Source of the DNA: Alcaligenaceae bacterium
Lineage (GTDB): Bacteria > Pseudomonadota > Gammaproteobacteria > Burkholderiales > Burkholderiaceae_B
Reading direction: 5' to 3'
Assembly (NCBI GenBank): GCA_947484295.1
Contig: CANKOW010000001.1
Location: 9,295 to 73,294, forward strand
Length of the DNA stretch: 64,000 bases
The number at the start of each line of letters is the position of its first letter. Position 1 is the stretch's first letter. The translations under genes and the position numbers were made by a program. The notes under the pieces were generated by a model. It saw nothing but the letters and a program-made list of their open reading frames with translations, did not search any database and was not told the DNA's origin. Positions 38,353-48,504 of the stretch are shown one piece after another.

Positions 38353-39116
38353 TGTCGGATGCTAAAGTTGAAATGGCTGCCATGCTCGATGCTTTTCGAA
38401 GCGAAGTGCCTAGCCATTATTCCGTTTGTTCATTGCAATCGCCCAAAAATAACTGCGTGACATTTATCAGGAGCGAGAAATATATCGATCATCTCCACGC
38501 GCTGGTAAATCGAGGTGTTTCAAACGTGACGGTCATTGCCCCACCTAGTTTGGCACTACCTGCTGTTGAAGGCTTATCGTACTACCGGTCTGAGCATGTA
38601 GATTTGCTTTTTACGCTATTTAATAACGAGGCTCGTAGAGGCTATGATCCCAGAGCATTTGATCGTATTAGCTCTTCAGTGATCTTAGATCAGGGGGCCG
38701 TTATAGGTGCCGAAGGGGCCAGTATCGCGAAATATAAAGACGAACGTGTGCTATTTCGCCATTATGGTCGTGTGGTGCTAGAGGAGAACGTTTACATCGG
38801 CGCCAATGCCGTCATCCAGCGTGGAAGAATAGACGACACTGTCATCGGCAAGGGTACGATGATCAGCTCTTTGTGCGTTGTTGGAGCTAATACGATCATT
38901 GGGCAGAACTGCACGTTAACGATCCAATCTGGCGTCTCCGGCTCTGCTCGTATTGGAGACCGAGTTTGGCTTGGGATAGGGGCCAAGGTACGTGATTACG
39001 TCAGTATTTGTGATGATGCATTTGTGGGCATGGGTTCTATTGTTACCAAGGATATTACTGAACCCGGCATATACGCAGGGAATCCTTGCCGCTTTTTGCG
39101 GCCGCTGGAAAAGTAA
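38352..39116 (+). CDS. LpxD-like hexapeptide acyltransferase
   Basis: HYGRVVLEENVYIGANAVIQRG..DDTVIG, GNP C-terminus. Confidence 0.75.
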   Translation: MSDAKVEMAAMLDAFRSEVPSHYSVCSLQSPKNNCVTFIRSEKYIDHLHALVNRGVSNVTVIAPPSLALPAVEGLSYYRSEHVDLLFTLFNNEARRGYDPRAFDRISSSVILDQGAVIGAEGASIAKYKDERVLFRHYGRVVLEENVYIGANAVIQRGRIDDTVIGKGTMISSLCVVGANTIIGQNCTLTIQSGVSGSARIGDRVWLGIGAKVRDYVSICDDAFVGMGSIVTKDITEPGIYAGNPCRFLRPLEK

Positions 39117-39125
39117 TAACAGCAG

Positions 39126-40322
39126 ATGATACGAGCGCTTTACGTCGACATTGATCTTATCCATCTCAACCCAACGGCTACCTATTTTCCACAGTTAATT
39201 GAAACAGCCATTCCGAATGTATCTTTCTACGGTCCAGGATTCAGTTCGTCCGATGTGTTGGCAAAAGGGCTAGAGAACTGGATCCGCGAAACGGGACCTT
39301 TTGAAATGATCATTATTGGCCCAAACTCGCCAATTTTGGTCGATGATCTGAATGATGATGTCATTGATAGCACCCTAGCGTATATGCACAGTTATACCCA
39401 TCATCAACTTACCGACTCGCAAGTCGTTACGTTTTTTAAGGATCTGTTTGCGGTTTTGCCCAATGTCGACATAGAGCACCGTCTTGTCACTACGTTGAAC
39501 TTTGATTATTACGGGGCGACGGATACGCAAGTTAAACGGCTACAGGATTTAAATTTAATTTTGATCGGGCCCAATGAGCAATTTGTGCTGCCCCTCGCTG
39601 AGCTTCCAGCATTTGTCACACAAGAAAAACATTACCAGCGAAAGAGAGCTCGTTTGTCGGACTGTTGGTTTGATTTTCTCCACGCCAACCCCGAGCGCGT
39701 TATTACGGCGCTCCACTATGTCGTGCCTTCAGAGTTCTCCTATGCGCCAATTGTCTCAAGGCCGCCTGTAGTAGCTATACCCGGGGTTGAATATCATTTA
39801 CGAAAAGAAGCAAATATCGCGCTGAAGCGATCTGGTGTTCGTCGGGCATCCAAAATGTATTTCCATCTGTTTCGAGTGATGAACCGGCTTGGTATCCCCG
39901 TGTATGGCACTCAGTTGGGATTGCATTTGTATAACCAACTCTACCAACGCACCTTGAAGACGTCGCGTTATGCCTATACAGCCCGTACTGGTTTTGGTTT
40001 GCCTGTTCGCAAATTTTTTGAGATTCCTGCTGCCGGTGCGCTGATGTTGTGTAGCCCTTGTACGGGTTATCTAGAACTTGGATTTGTGGACGGCGTTCAT
40101 TATCATTCCGTTGAGCCGAATGCTCTGCCTGAGTTTTTGCAAAAACTTAACAGATCAGGGGCAGGGCATGACATTGCGGTGGCTGGGCGTCAAATTACTG
40201 CTCGTAATCACTCCCTTCAAGCCCGCGCTCAGCAGATCGCGCTGTGCCTAGATGCCTTGAAAAGGCGCACGTATCGCGGGGCGTGGTGGCGCCATGGCGA
40301 ATTTTTGATTGAAGAACGGTAG
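39126..40322 (+). CDS. Glycosyltransferase-like protein (CgeB/Glyco_trans_1_2 C-terminal domain)
   Basis: RKFFEIPAAGALML ... IA.AG....NHS...RA. Confidence 0.65.
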   Translation: MIRALYVDIDLIHLNPTATYFPQLIETAIPNVSFYGPGFSSSDVLAKGLENWIRETGPFEMIIIGPNSPILVDDLNDDVIDSTLAYMHSYTHHQLTDSQVVTFFKDLFAVLPNVDIEHRLVTTLNFDYYGATDTQVKRLQDLNLILIGPNEQFVLPLAELPAFVTQEKHYQRKRARLSDCWFDFLHANPERVITALHYVVPSEFSYAPIVSRPPVVAIPGVEYHLRKEANIALKRSGVRRASKMYFHLFRVMNRLGIPVYGTQLGLHLYNQLYQRTLKTSRYAYTARTGFGLPVRKFFEIPAAGALMLCSPCTGYLELGFVDGVHYHSVEPNALPEFLQKLNRSGAGHDIAVAGRQITARNHSLQARAQQIALCLDALKRRTYRGAWWRHGEFLIEER

Positions 40323-42127
40323 TGTGTGGGTTAATCGTTGCATGGAATCCGTCAGGCTTGGAAAGTAGATTGCTTGCCCAAGCGCTCGGAGACCTGGGTC
40401 ATCGTGGACCGGATGCTCAGGCGATTATGTGGCGTGAGAACCACCGTCTTCAGTTAGGACACGCCCGACTAAAAGTCATCGACACCTCCGATGGTGCAAA
40501 CCAGCCATTTGTGTCCCCTTGCGAGCGCTGGGCAATAGTATTCAATGGTGAGATTTATAACTATCGCTCCTTGAGGGCTGAGATCGGTGAGCGCTGGCAA
40601 TGGCGCACCCGAGGCGATACGGAAGTGCTGATGGCCGCCTGGTCTCTATGGGGCGCCGCTTGCCTTGACAAGTTAGTTGGTATGTTCGCCTTTGCGATAC
40701 ACGATGCGCAAAGTCAACAATTGACGCTTGTACGAGATCGTTTTGGAATTAAGCCCCTGTATCGCGTAATTGCGGGCGAAGCTGTATTTTTTGCAAGTGA
40801 AATTCCGCCGCTCCTACGTTTCCTTCCTAAAATTGGGGCTGACAACTCGACCATTTTGACTTACTTGCAGGATGGACGCTATGACCACGGCGTGCACACG
40901 TTTTTTTCTGGCGTTGAATCGGTCGCGCCAGCCAGTCTGGAAATAGTGAATTTAAAAACAGGTGCGATAACAAAACGGCAATGGTATCGCCTCGCCGAGC
41001 ACATGCCGGATTTGTCCAGCGCTTCTGAAGGCGAACTATTAGAGAGGTGTGAAGAATTAATCGAACAAGCGGTGCGATCACACTTGGTTTCCGATGTCCC
41101 TGTCGGACTCAACGTGTCTGGCGGTGCTGATTCGTCAATGTTGGTTCGAACCACTCTAGCTGAGCTCGGACATGCCCATTTGTTTACCCAAGACTACGCG
41201 GGTTACAGTGAGCTTCCATGGGTGAATGAGATATCCGATGGGGCAACGCTGCATGTTGCGCAACTTGATTTGCAAAGGATAAACGGCTACTTGCCACAAA
41301 CCGTGCGATCGCAGGCTGAGCCTTTTGGCGGAACGTTTGTTTGTGGCTATAACGCTCTTTACGAGTTGGCTCGCCAAGAGGACATCACCGTACTCTTAGA
41401 TGGCAACGGAGTGGATGAGGTTTTTTTAGGATACAAGCGCTATCATCAGATGTATGTTGCGAATGCATCATTGTCAGCTGAACAAGAGCGCCTAGCCAGC
41501 GAGTTTGAGACAATCTGGGGGGAGCGCCCCAAAGTAGTACGTCCAGGTGCTTCAATTGACGGCACAGATGGCCTGCGTGCCGGCGCCTTGACTTCCCAAT
41601 TACTCTCTTGCGCGCCGCACGTTGAAGTCTCGCAAGTCGAGTTTTCTAGCCCAGTACGACAGGCGGCAGCCGACGATTTGCTACGTGCCAAGATCCCGCG
41701 TGGCCTGCGGTTTAACGACAGAGTGTCAATGGCACACTCGCGCGAGTTACGGGTTCCATTTCTGGATCATCGTCTGGTTGAGTTTGGCTTTGGTATCCCA
41801 GAAAAGTTTTTGTTTGGTGCACAAGGAAGCAAACTCCTGTTTCGCAAATTGCTCGCGAAACGCGCACCGGATTCGATCGCCTTTGCGGCAAAGCGCTCAG
41901 TGCAGTCGCCGCAGCGTGAGTGGTTGGCAACCGGCTGGCGCGAACTCGTGGAGCGGACGCTTGCATCAGACAGCTTTTGCTCCCGGGGTTGGATAGACCC
42001 AGATCGAGCGCGGCGTGAATATGACGCTTACCTCCGAGGTAACCAGGAAAACTCCTTTTTTATATGGCAGTGGCTTAACCTCGAGCTGTGGGCACGTAGC
42101 TTTCTCGACGGAGGTGAGTCGATTTGA
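40322..42127 (+). CDS. asnB: Asparagine synthetase-like amidotransferase (#3)
   Basis: GTG start MCG, HRGPD, FNGEIYN, VSGGADSS, ELRVPFLDH. Confidence 0.9.
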   Translation: MCGLIVAWNPSGLESRLLAQALGDLGHRGPDAQAIMWRENHRLQLGHARLKVIDTSDGANQPFVSPCERWAIVFNGEIYNYRSLRAEIGERWQWRTRGDTEVLMAAWSLWGAACLDKLVGMFAFAIHDAQSQQLTLVRDRFGIKPLYRVIAGEAVFFASEIPPLLRFLPKIGADNSTILTYLQDGRYDHGVHTFFSGVESVAPASLEIVNLKTGAITKRQWYRLAEHMPDLSSASEGELLERCEELIEQAVRSHLVSDVPVGLNVSGGADSSMLVRTTLAELGHAHLFTQDYAGYSELPWVNEISDGATLHVAQLDLQRINGYLPQTVRSQAEPFGGTFVCGYNALYELARQEDITVLLDGNGVDEVFLGYKRYHQMYVANASLSAEQERLASEFETIWGERPKVVRPGASIDGTDGLRAGALTSQLLSCAPHVEVSQVEFSSPVRQAAADDLLRAKIPRGLRFNDRVSMAHSRELRVPFLDHRLVEFGFGIPEKFLFGAQGSKLLFRKLLAKRAPDSIAFAAKRSVQSPQREWLATGWRELVERTLASDSFCSRGWIDPDRARREYDAYLRGNQENSFFIWQWLNLELWARSFLDGGESI

Positions 42128-42891
42128 AAGCGCTCGTCTTGACCAGTAGCAGCCCAAGACATCTTTTTTTTGTCCAGCAGGCGGCAAGATATTTTGAGGT
42201 TGCTGCCGTTCTATGCGAAGAGAAGCGAAATTATTACGTTAAGCAGCGAGAAGAATCAGAGGTCGTCCGAGCTCACTTCGAAAAAAATGCTGCAGCTGAG
42301 AGGGAGTGTTTTTACGATTTATCTCCGGATTGGCAGGTGGGGATGAGGAAGGTGGCGGATATCAACTCGCCTGAAGTGATGCAGTGGGCATCGAAGTGCG
42401 AGGTGGACGTGGTGTGTCTGTTTGGGACTTCAATTTTGCAGGCGCCTTGGTTGGCTAGTTTTCCCGGTAGGATTGTTAATTTGCATCTTGGTCTATCACC
42501 CTGGTATCGAGGGTCGGCGACCCTGTTTTGGCCGTTTGCAGACGCTGCAGTTGAGTTCTTGGGAACAACTATTCATTTGGCTATAGAAAAAGTCGATGCG
42601 GGTGCGATACTTCATCGGATTCGGCCTACCTTGCGCCCCGCAGAAAATTATTATCAGTTAACTCATCGGCTAATTCGCGAATCGATTGAGGCATTTCCCG
42701 AAGTGGTAATGCGCTATCTCGACGGGACTTTATTGCCCCGAGCTCAGGAGAGCGTTGCCGGTCGAATTTGCCGAAAAGCGGATTTCAACGAGTTAGCGCT
42801 GGAGCGAGCATTGTCATATGTCGGCGATGGGTTTACTCCCAAAGAAATTCAACGCGCTGAAAGGGCGGCTCAATGCCTTTGCTTGCCGTAA
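42124..42891 (+). CDS. Formyltransferase
   Basis: VNLHLGLSPWYRG, TIH..IEKVDAG (N-H-D catalytic set). Confidence 0.85.
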   Translation: MKALVLTSSSPRHLFFVQQAARYFEVAAVLCEEKRNYYVKQREESEVVRAHFEKNAAAERECFYDLSPDWQVGMRKVADINSPEVMQWASKCEVDVVCLFGTSILQAPWLASFPGRIVNLHLGLSPWYRGSATLFWPFADAAVEFLGTTIHLAIEKVDAGAILHRIRPTLRPAENYYQLTHRLIRESIEAFPEVVMRYLDGTLLPRAQESVAGRICRKADFNELALERALSYVGDGFTPKEIQRAERAAQCLCLP

Positions 42892-43790
42892 ATCACCATT
42901 ACTTTCGGTCATCCAGTACCGGCAGAGGGATTTATCCCACAACGCCTAAGGCCCTCGCGGGCGAGGTCGAACAATTGCGTCGGCGTTGGCGTTTGGGAGA
43001 CCAGGCAGATATCATGCAGCATTGTCATGGTGGCGGCACGGTGGACCCGGTGTGCATTCTGACATTTGACGATGGCCTTAAAGAGCAGATGAGAGCCCTT
43101 GCGCTGTTGGATAGTTTGGGCGTCACAGCAATGTATTTTGTGCCGACGGCACCGTTGTTGCATCGGATGGTGCTGGATGTGCACAAGCTGCATATGATTC
43201 GTTCCCGTCTCAGTGATATGGAGCTGGCGGCAGATTTACAGCAACGGTTCAATTTTGAGAGCTACGAATTTGACGACCAGTTGCTTGCTGTTCAGTATCG
43301 CTACGATGAGCCCGTAAGTCGCAAGGTGAAATACTTCCTGAATTTCGTGCTCGATCCGTCCTCTCGAGCAAAGTGGACCAGCCTCCGCTTTGTGGAAATA
43401 TTCGGTAGCGAGCGAGCGGCGTCTGAGGCACTCTACTTGAGCGCTGACGACCTGAAAGTGCTAGCGCGCGGGCATTCTCTAGGGACACATGCCCATGCTC
43501 ACGTGCCTCTCGCAGGTTTAACAGTCGGGCAAATGCAAGGTGAAATTGAGCAGTCGCTGGATTTACTTGAACGTCTATCCGGTCAGCGGCCGCTCGGCAT
43601 ATCCTATCCGTTTGGCGGTAAGTCAGCGGTTAGTGAGTCGGTCTTTGCAATGGCGCAGTCCTGCGGGCTGAAGTATGGATTCACCATGGAGCGCGGTGTT
43701 AACTTTGATGGCGGTGGTTCCCCGATGTCATTGAATCGAATTGATGTAAATGACGTCCATGAATGGGTCGACAAGGTTCTGGTTGGGTAA
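42873..43790 (+). CDS. NodB-type polysaccharide deacetylase
   Basis: LTFDDG, GTHAHAH, SYPFG. Confidence 0.85.
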   Translation: MPLLAVNHHYFRSSSTGRGIYPTTPKALAGEVEQLRRRWRLGDQADIMQHCHGGGTVDPVCILTFDDGLKEQMRALALLDSLGVTAMYFVPTAPLLHRMVLDVHKLHMIRSRLSDMELAADLQQRFNFESYEFDDQLLAVQYRYDEPVSRKVKYFLNFVLDPSSRAKWTSLRFVEIFGSERAASEALYLSADDLKVLARGHSLGTHAHAHVPLAGLTVGQMQGEIEQSLDLLERLSGQRPLGISYPFGGKSAVSESVFAMAQSCGLKYGFTMERGVNFDGGGSPMSLNRIDVNDVHEWVDKVLVG

Positions 43791-43796
43791 AATCCT

Positions 43797-44765
43797 ATGA
43801 AAACAGCATTTCTGTCTGCACTTGGTGCGATGGGTCGTCGGCACCTCAAAGGTTTGGTACGAGCCGGTTTTGCGGTCACCGCGTTTGACATCAATGATGG
43901 ACTAGAAGAGACTGTCAAAAAAGAGCTACTTGCTGCCGCGCTTCCTGTAAATCGTGTTAGTTTTGCGCGCGCGATCCCTCAAAGCTACTTTGATGTTGCA
44001 GTGTTCGCAGAAACCACTCTAAATCGCCTAGAAAATTTCAAGTGTTTTTTAGATCGTTGTACGGCCGCCCGCATATTGCTTGAAAAACCAGTTGCGGCAG
44101 ATCCCGCTGAGGTTCGCGACTTCTGGACAACTGCGCAGCGTCATGGAGTAGCAGGAATCACCCAAGTTAATTTTGTGCGTAGGCATTGGCCTCATTTGAA
44201 CAGGCTTGTCGACCGCTGCGCGCGTGAAGAAAAATTTGCCGTTACGCTCAATGGTGGAGCCATCGGTCTTGGCTGTATGGGAATTCACTACCTCGACACC
44301 TTTTTGGCACTATCTGGTGATGACATCCCAGACGTCGCATGGTCTGAGTTGTCAAAAACATCGGTGGAAAGTGGTCGTGGCGCGCGCTTCACTGATTTTG
44401 GAGGTGACTTCGTGCTTACGGGTCGCAAATCACGCTTGATGGCAAGTTTGGAAGCGGCCAGCAGCTCAAATGTTCTGATGACCGTACGCGGTGCCCATTT
44501 TTTAGCGTACGTCGATTACACGGATATGCGTTGGAAGATCAGTTCCCGCAAGGCAAATTGCCAGTTACCCAACTATCGCTACGGGGCTGATTACGGGTTG
44601 GAAGAAGAGGGGCTCATTAGTGTTCCGGCTATGGACGCTCTTACGCATGACTGGGCGTTGAGCTTGATCGAAATGCCTAGCTTAGAGCAGGCCCTAAAAA
44701 CGCACGAGCTTCTAGATAGCATCTTGCAGGTCGGTGGCGCGAGACCACCATACCACTTCACATAA
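43797..44765 (+). CDS. Gfo/Idh/MocA-like oxidoreductase
   Basis: GAMGRRH, LLEKPV, VNFVRR, GIHYLD. Confidence 0.75.
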   Translation: MKTAFLSALGAMGRRHLKGLVRAGFAVTAFDINDGLEETVKKELLAAALPVNRVSFARAIPQSYFDVAVFAETTLNRLENFKCFLDRCTAARILLEKPVAADPAEVRDFWTTAQRHGVAGITQVNFVRRHWPHLNRLVDRCAREEKFAVTLNGGAIGLGCMGIHYLDTFLALSGDDIPDVAWSELSKTSVESGRGARFTDFGGDFVLTGRKSRLMASLEAASSSNVLMTVRGAHFLAYVDYTDMRWKISSRKANCQLPNYRYGADYGLEEEGLISVPAMDALTHDWALSLIEMPSLEQALKTHELLDSILQVGGARPPYHFT

Positions 44766-44776
44766 AGGCTGCAAGT

Positions 44777-45736
44777 ATGGCGATTCGTTGTCTCGTGATT
44801 GGTGTGGGCAAGATGGGCTCAGCACATCTTCAGGCGCTTGCTGCACTCGCGCCCGACTCTCTCACGGGTTGGGCACCAGGCTCGCGGCAACGCGTGGTTG
44901 AGCGTGACATGGGAGGTGCAGTGGTTCGGCGTGACGAGTTGTCGGTGACTCTAGCTGCAGTGTGCCCCACGCATGTCATTCTTGCGTCCCCAGTTGAGAC
45001 CCTCACGCCGATTGCTATTCAGGTCATGAACGCTGGCGTCAAGCATCTCCTGATTGAAAAGCCTGCTGCGATGGACCAACGCGAATGCCGAATGCTGATG
45101 GCTTGTGCCGCAGAATCGGGTGCTCAAATATATGTAGCATATAACCGGCGGTTTTACGCGTCTGTGCGCGCGGCGCTAGCTCACATGCAGTCTGCAGGCG
45201 AGAACATTGAAAGTATCCTTTTCGAGTTTAATGAGGTTATGTCGACGCAGGGACCGGACGCTGCGCCAGAGGTCAAAGCTAGCTGGCTTTTGGCCAACAG
45301 CATGCACGTCATCGACACTGCCTTTCACCCAGTGGGCCTCCCCGATCTTCTGCGTAGCCGTTTTCAGCGGTCTGGCGGGTTACCGTGGCATCCGACTGGA
45401 AGTGTATTCGTTGGTTCTGGCTATACAACTCTTGGCGTGCCCTTTGCCTTTCATGCCAACTGGGATGCGCCCGGACGTTGGGGTTTTGAATGGATGACTA
45501 AATCCACTCGCTACGTATTCAGACCGATGGAGAAATTATCCATCATGAGCCGAGGTCGGTTTGATCTAGAGCAGATGACATTGGTTGATGGATTAGACAT
45601 CCAATTTAAACCGGGTGTGTACTTACAGAACAAGGCGTTTTTGGCGGGCGATCGTTCAGCGGGTTTGGTTACTTTGCCCGAGGCTGCGGCACTCGTACCC
45701 CTCGCCCAAAAAATCGCCGGCTATTCGGAGGTTTAA
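44777..45736 (+). CDS. Gfo/Idh/MocA oxidoreductase
   Basis: IGVGKMG..H, LIEKP, AYNRRFY, NSMHVID. Confidence 0.82.
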   Translation: MAIRCLVIGVGKMGSAHLQALAALAPDSLTGWAPGSRQRVVERDMGGAVVRRDELSVTLAAVCPTHVILASPVETLTPIAIQVMNAGVKHLLIEKPAAMDQRECRMLMACAAESGAQIYVAYNRRFYASVRAALAHMQSAGENIESILFEFNEVMSTQGPDAAPEVKASWLLANSMHVIDTAFHPVGLPDLLRSRFQRSGGLPWHPTGSVFVGSGYTTLGVPFAFHANWDAPGRWGFEWMTKSTRYVFRPMEKLSIMSRGRFDLEQMTLVDGLDIQFKPGVYLQNKAFLAGDRSAGLVTLPEAAALVPLAQKIAGYSEV

Positions 45737-45799
45737 AACTGCGATGAGAGCAACAACGCCAAGTTTTTCGCAAGTTGTTCAAATATTTGACGTCGTCGT

Positions 45800-46495
45800 A
45801 TGCGCATTCTAGGTATAGTACCCGCCCGAGGCGGTTCCAAGGGAATCCCCCGCAAGAACTTGGCTGACGTGTGCGGCCAGCCATTAATCGCTTATTCCAT
45901 CGAAACCGGTCGACAACTGCTCACCAGCGGAACGCTGGCGAGGTGTATTGTGTCGACGGATGATCATGAAATAGCAGCCTGCGCGATGGCGTTGGGGGCA
46001 GATGTGCCCTTCATGCGGCCAAGTGCTGCTGCGACCGATACGGCTAAGGCACTCGCCTATGTACTGCATGCACTTGACGCACTGGAGCCACAGGATGGCG
46101 GCTATGATGCGGTTATGCTGCTACAGCCCACTAGTCCCATGCGTAATACGGAGGCTATTGCTGCTGCCGTTGGACGCTTTGAGACCAGCAAATCTGATTC
46201 GCTAATTTCTTGCTACCGGGAGGAGTACATTAATGATCTGGTCATGTACGACCCGCATGCTGATGGCACACTAATCCCGCGCAATCCTTTACACAACAAA
46301 GGGGTGCGGAGGCAAGAGCATGGTCCAGCTATGGTTCGTAACGGTGCGCTCTACGTGACTCGTACATCCTACATTAAGGAGACCGGTTCAATGGTCTGCG
46401 ATCGGCCGATACTGCTCGAAATGAGTAAGTTGGAATCAGTTGATGTCGATGCGCCGGAAGACCTTATCTTTTTGCGGGCGCTAATGTGCAAATAG
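45800..46495 (+). CDS. neuA: CMP-nonulosonate (acylneuraminate) cytidylyltransferase
   Basis: PARGGSKGIPRKN, STDD, LQPTSP.R, NGALY, DVD..ED. Confidence 0.92.
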   Translation: MRILGIVPARGGSKGIPRKNLADVCGQPLIAYSIETGRQLLTSGTLARCIVSTDDHEIAACAMALGADVPFMRPSAAATDTAKALAYVLHALDALEPQDGGYDAVMLLQPTSPMRNTEAIAAAVGRFETSKSDSLISCYREEYINDLVMYDPHADGTLIPRNPLHNKGVRRQEHGPAMVRNGALYVTRTSYIKETGSMVCDRPILLEMSKLESVDVDAPEDLIFLRALMCK

Positions 46496-47427
46496 GTCTG
46501 CTCGAGCCGGACCGATTCGATCCATTCGCCATTGCGCAACTGCAGATCATCGGAAACGTAGTTCCGTATGACGGCGGCGACATTCACGCATTTCTCCGGC
46601 CACTTCAGGTACTTTTTGTACGCCTTGCCCACCAGATCGACGCCGCCCTCTTGGCGAAGGCGCCGGCGTTGCGCTACCTTTGCAGCCCCACAACGGGCCA
46701 CACCCACCTCGATGAAAGAGCGCTCGCAGTCCGTGGCATTAAGGTTGTCAGTCTGAGGGGAGAGCAGGTTTTTTTGGAAACGATTCGGGCAACGCCAGAA
46801 CACACTTTAGGTCTGGTGCTGGCACTACTGCGCCAGTATCGCGGAGCCTTTTTGCATGTGCAAAACGGTGGCTGGAACCGCGACCTATTTCGGGGCGAAG
46901 AACTTTTCGGACAGCGAGTTGGTATTGTAGGGCTCGGTCGGGTGGGTTTCAGAGTAGCTAGTTATTGCGCGGCATTTGGTGCCAGTGTTAGTTATGTAGA
47001 TACGGGTGAGGTGCTTGCTAGCGAGGGTTGGCAGCGGCTGGGTAGCGTGCAAGAGTTGATCAGCACAAATCGCATCATTATTTTGTGTGCCTCCTACGTC
47101 AATGGGCAGGCACCAATACTGGAGAAACCTGAAATCGCTTTGCTGCGCGATCACTACTTAGTCAACACAGCACGTGGTGAACTGGTTGATGAAGAGGCAT
47201 TGTTGGCTGCTATTGATGGGGGTCAACTTGCTGGCGTAGCGACAGATGTAATCCGCCATGAGATTGGTCCAAATCAGCTCGCAAGATGGAGGGCTGCTTC
47301 AATTAATCATAACGTTATCTTGACGCCGCATATCGGTGGGGCCACCTTTACTGCCATGGCAAGAACGGAAAATTTCATTGTCCAAAAACTTGCGCAAGCT
47401 TTGGAAGCCGCAGAGAGAGTTATATGA
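46486..47427 (+). CDS. D-isomer-specific 2-hydroxyacid dehydrogenase
   Basis: TTG..HLD, GIVGLGRVG, NTARGELVDE, TPHIGG. Confidence 0.88.
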   Translation: MQIGLLEPDRFDPFAIAQLQIIGNVVPYDGGDIHAFLRPLQVLFVRLAHQIDAALLAKAPALRYLCSPTTGHTHLDERALAVRGIKVVSLRGEQVFLETIRATPEHTLGLVLALLRQYRGAFLHVQNGGWNRDLFRGEELFGQRVGIVGLGRVGFRVASYCAAFGASVSYVDTGEVLASEGWQRLGSVQELISTNRIIILCASYVNGQAPILEKPEIALLRDHYLVNTARGELVDEEALLAAIDGGQLAGVATDVIRHEIGPNQLARWRAASINHNVILTPHIGGATFTAMARTENFIVQKLAQALEAAERVI

Positions 47428-48452
47428 AACTGGTTGAATATGAATCTACTGGGCGCACGTTTATCGTTGCCGAGATCGCCCAGGCACATGATGGCAGCGT
47501 AGGCATATTGCACTCATTGATAGAAGCCGCCGCTGCAACGGGAGTTGATGCGGTCAAGTTTCAGGTGCATATTGCTGAGGCGGAAAGCAGTATGTTGGAG
47601 CCATTTCGTGTGCGTTTTTCTACTGTCGATGCTACGCGCTTCGATTACTGGAGGCGTATGGAACTATCAGCGGAGCAGTGGGCTGACCTGAAGCGTCGTT
47701 GCGAGGCAGCAGGTGTGGAGTTTTTAGCTACACCATTTTCAAACGCGGCGGTAGACCTGCTCGAAAGTATCGGTGTGCGCCGTTACAAGGTAGGGTCCGG
47801 TGATTTAGCTAATCCACTGTTGCTTGAGCGACTGGCCCGCACCGGCAAAGAAGTCATTTTGTCAACGGGGTTGGGAGAGCTTGAAGAAATCGACGCTGCT
47901 GTAGCAATGATGCGTGAACGGCATATACCCGTGGCCGTATTACAGTGCACAACTAAATATCCGACCGAGGCTGAAGATATCGGTTTATCTTGGCTTCTCC
48001 GCTTGCAAAAGCGCTATGGATGCCCCGTTGGCTTCTCGGACCATTCTGGAGTGATTTATCCCGCCTTAGGGGCCGTTGCTCTTGGTGCGGTGGTGGTAGA
48101 AGCTCATATAACATTTGATAAGCGGATGTTCGGCCCCGATGCAAAAGCCTCGTTGACTGTAGACGAGTTCGCTCAATTAGTGCGTGGCGCGCGCTTTCTG
48201 GAGCAGGCACGTGGCGACGGTCCCAGCAAGGCGTTAGATGAGGGCAAACACGCGCTTAGGCGTATGTTTGGCAAGGCACTTGCCGTGAATCGTGATATGC
48301 AAGCTGGTGAGTCCGTTCGCTTTGAAGACCTAGAAAGCAAGAAACCTGCTGATGGAGGAATATCGGTCGCTAAAATGACGGAAGTAATTGGTCGCAGGCT
48401 TGGCCAGGATAAAAAGCGTTGGGATTTTTTGTCGCCAGGTGACTTGACCTAA
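47424..48452 (+). CDS. neuB: Nonulosonic acid synthase with C-terminal SAF domain
   Basis: IVAEIAQAHDG, AVKFQ, KVGS, LSTG, GFSDH, EAHIT. Confidence 0.92.
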   Translation: MKLVEYESTGRTFIVAEIAQAHDGSVGILHSLIEAAAATGVDAVKFQVHIAEAESSMLEPFRVRFSTVDATRFDYWRRMELSAEQWADLKRRCEAAGVEFLATPFSNAAVDLLESIGVRRYKVGSGDLANPLLLERLARTGKEVILSTGLGELEEIDAAVAMMRERHIPVAVLQCTTKYPTEAEDIGLSWLLRLQKRYGCPVGFSDHSGVIYPALGAVALGAVVVEAHITFDKRMFGPDAKASLTVDEFAQLVRGARFLEQARGDGPSKALDEGKHALRRMFGKALAVNRDMQAGESVRFEDLESKKPADGGISVAKMTEVIGRRLGQDKKRWDFLSPGDLT

Positions 48453-48504
48453 GTAGGCGTGTATTGATGACTTCCAAAGAAGATCTAATAAGACTGAGAT
48501 AGGA

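Noticed and set aside
15423-42127. asnB copies as asparagine biosynthesis genes or lasso-peptide cyclases
   Set aside because: All three keep the N-terminal Cys glutaminase domain and are embedded among glycan genes; no precursor peptide or B protein is visible.
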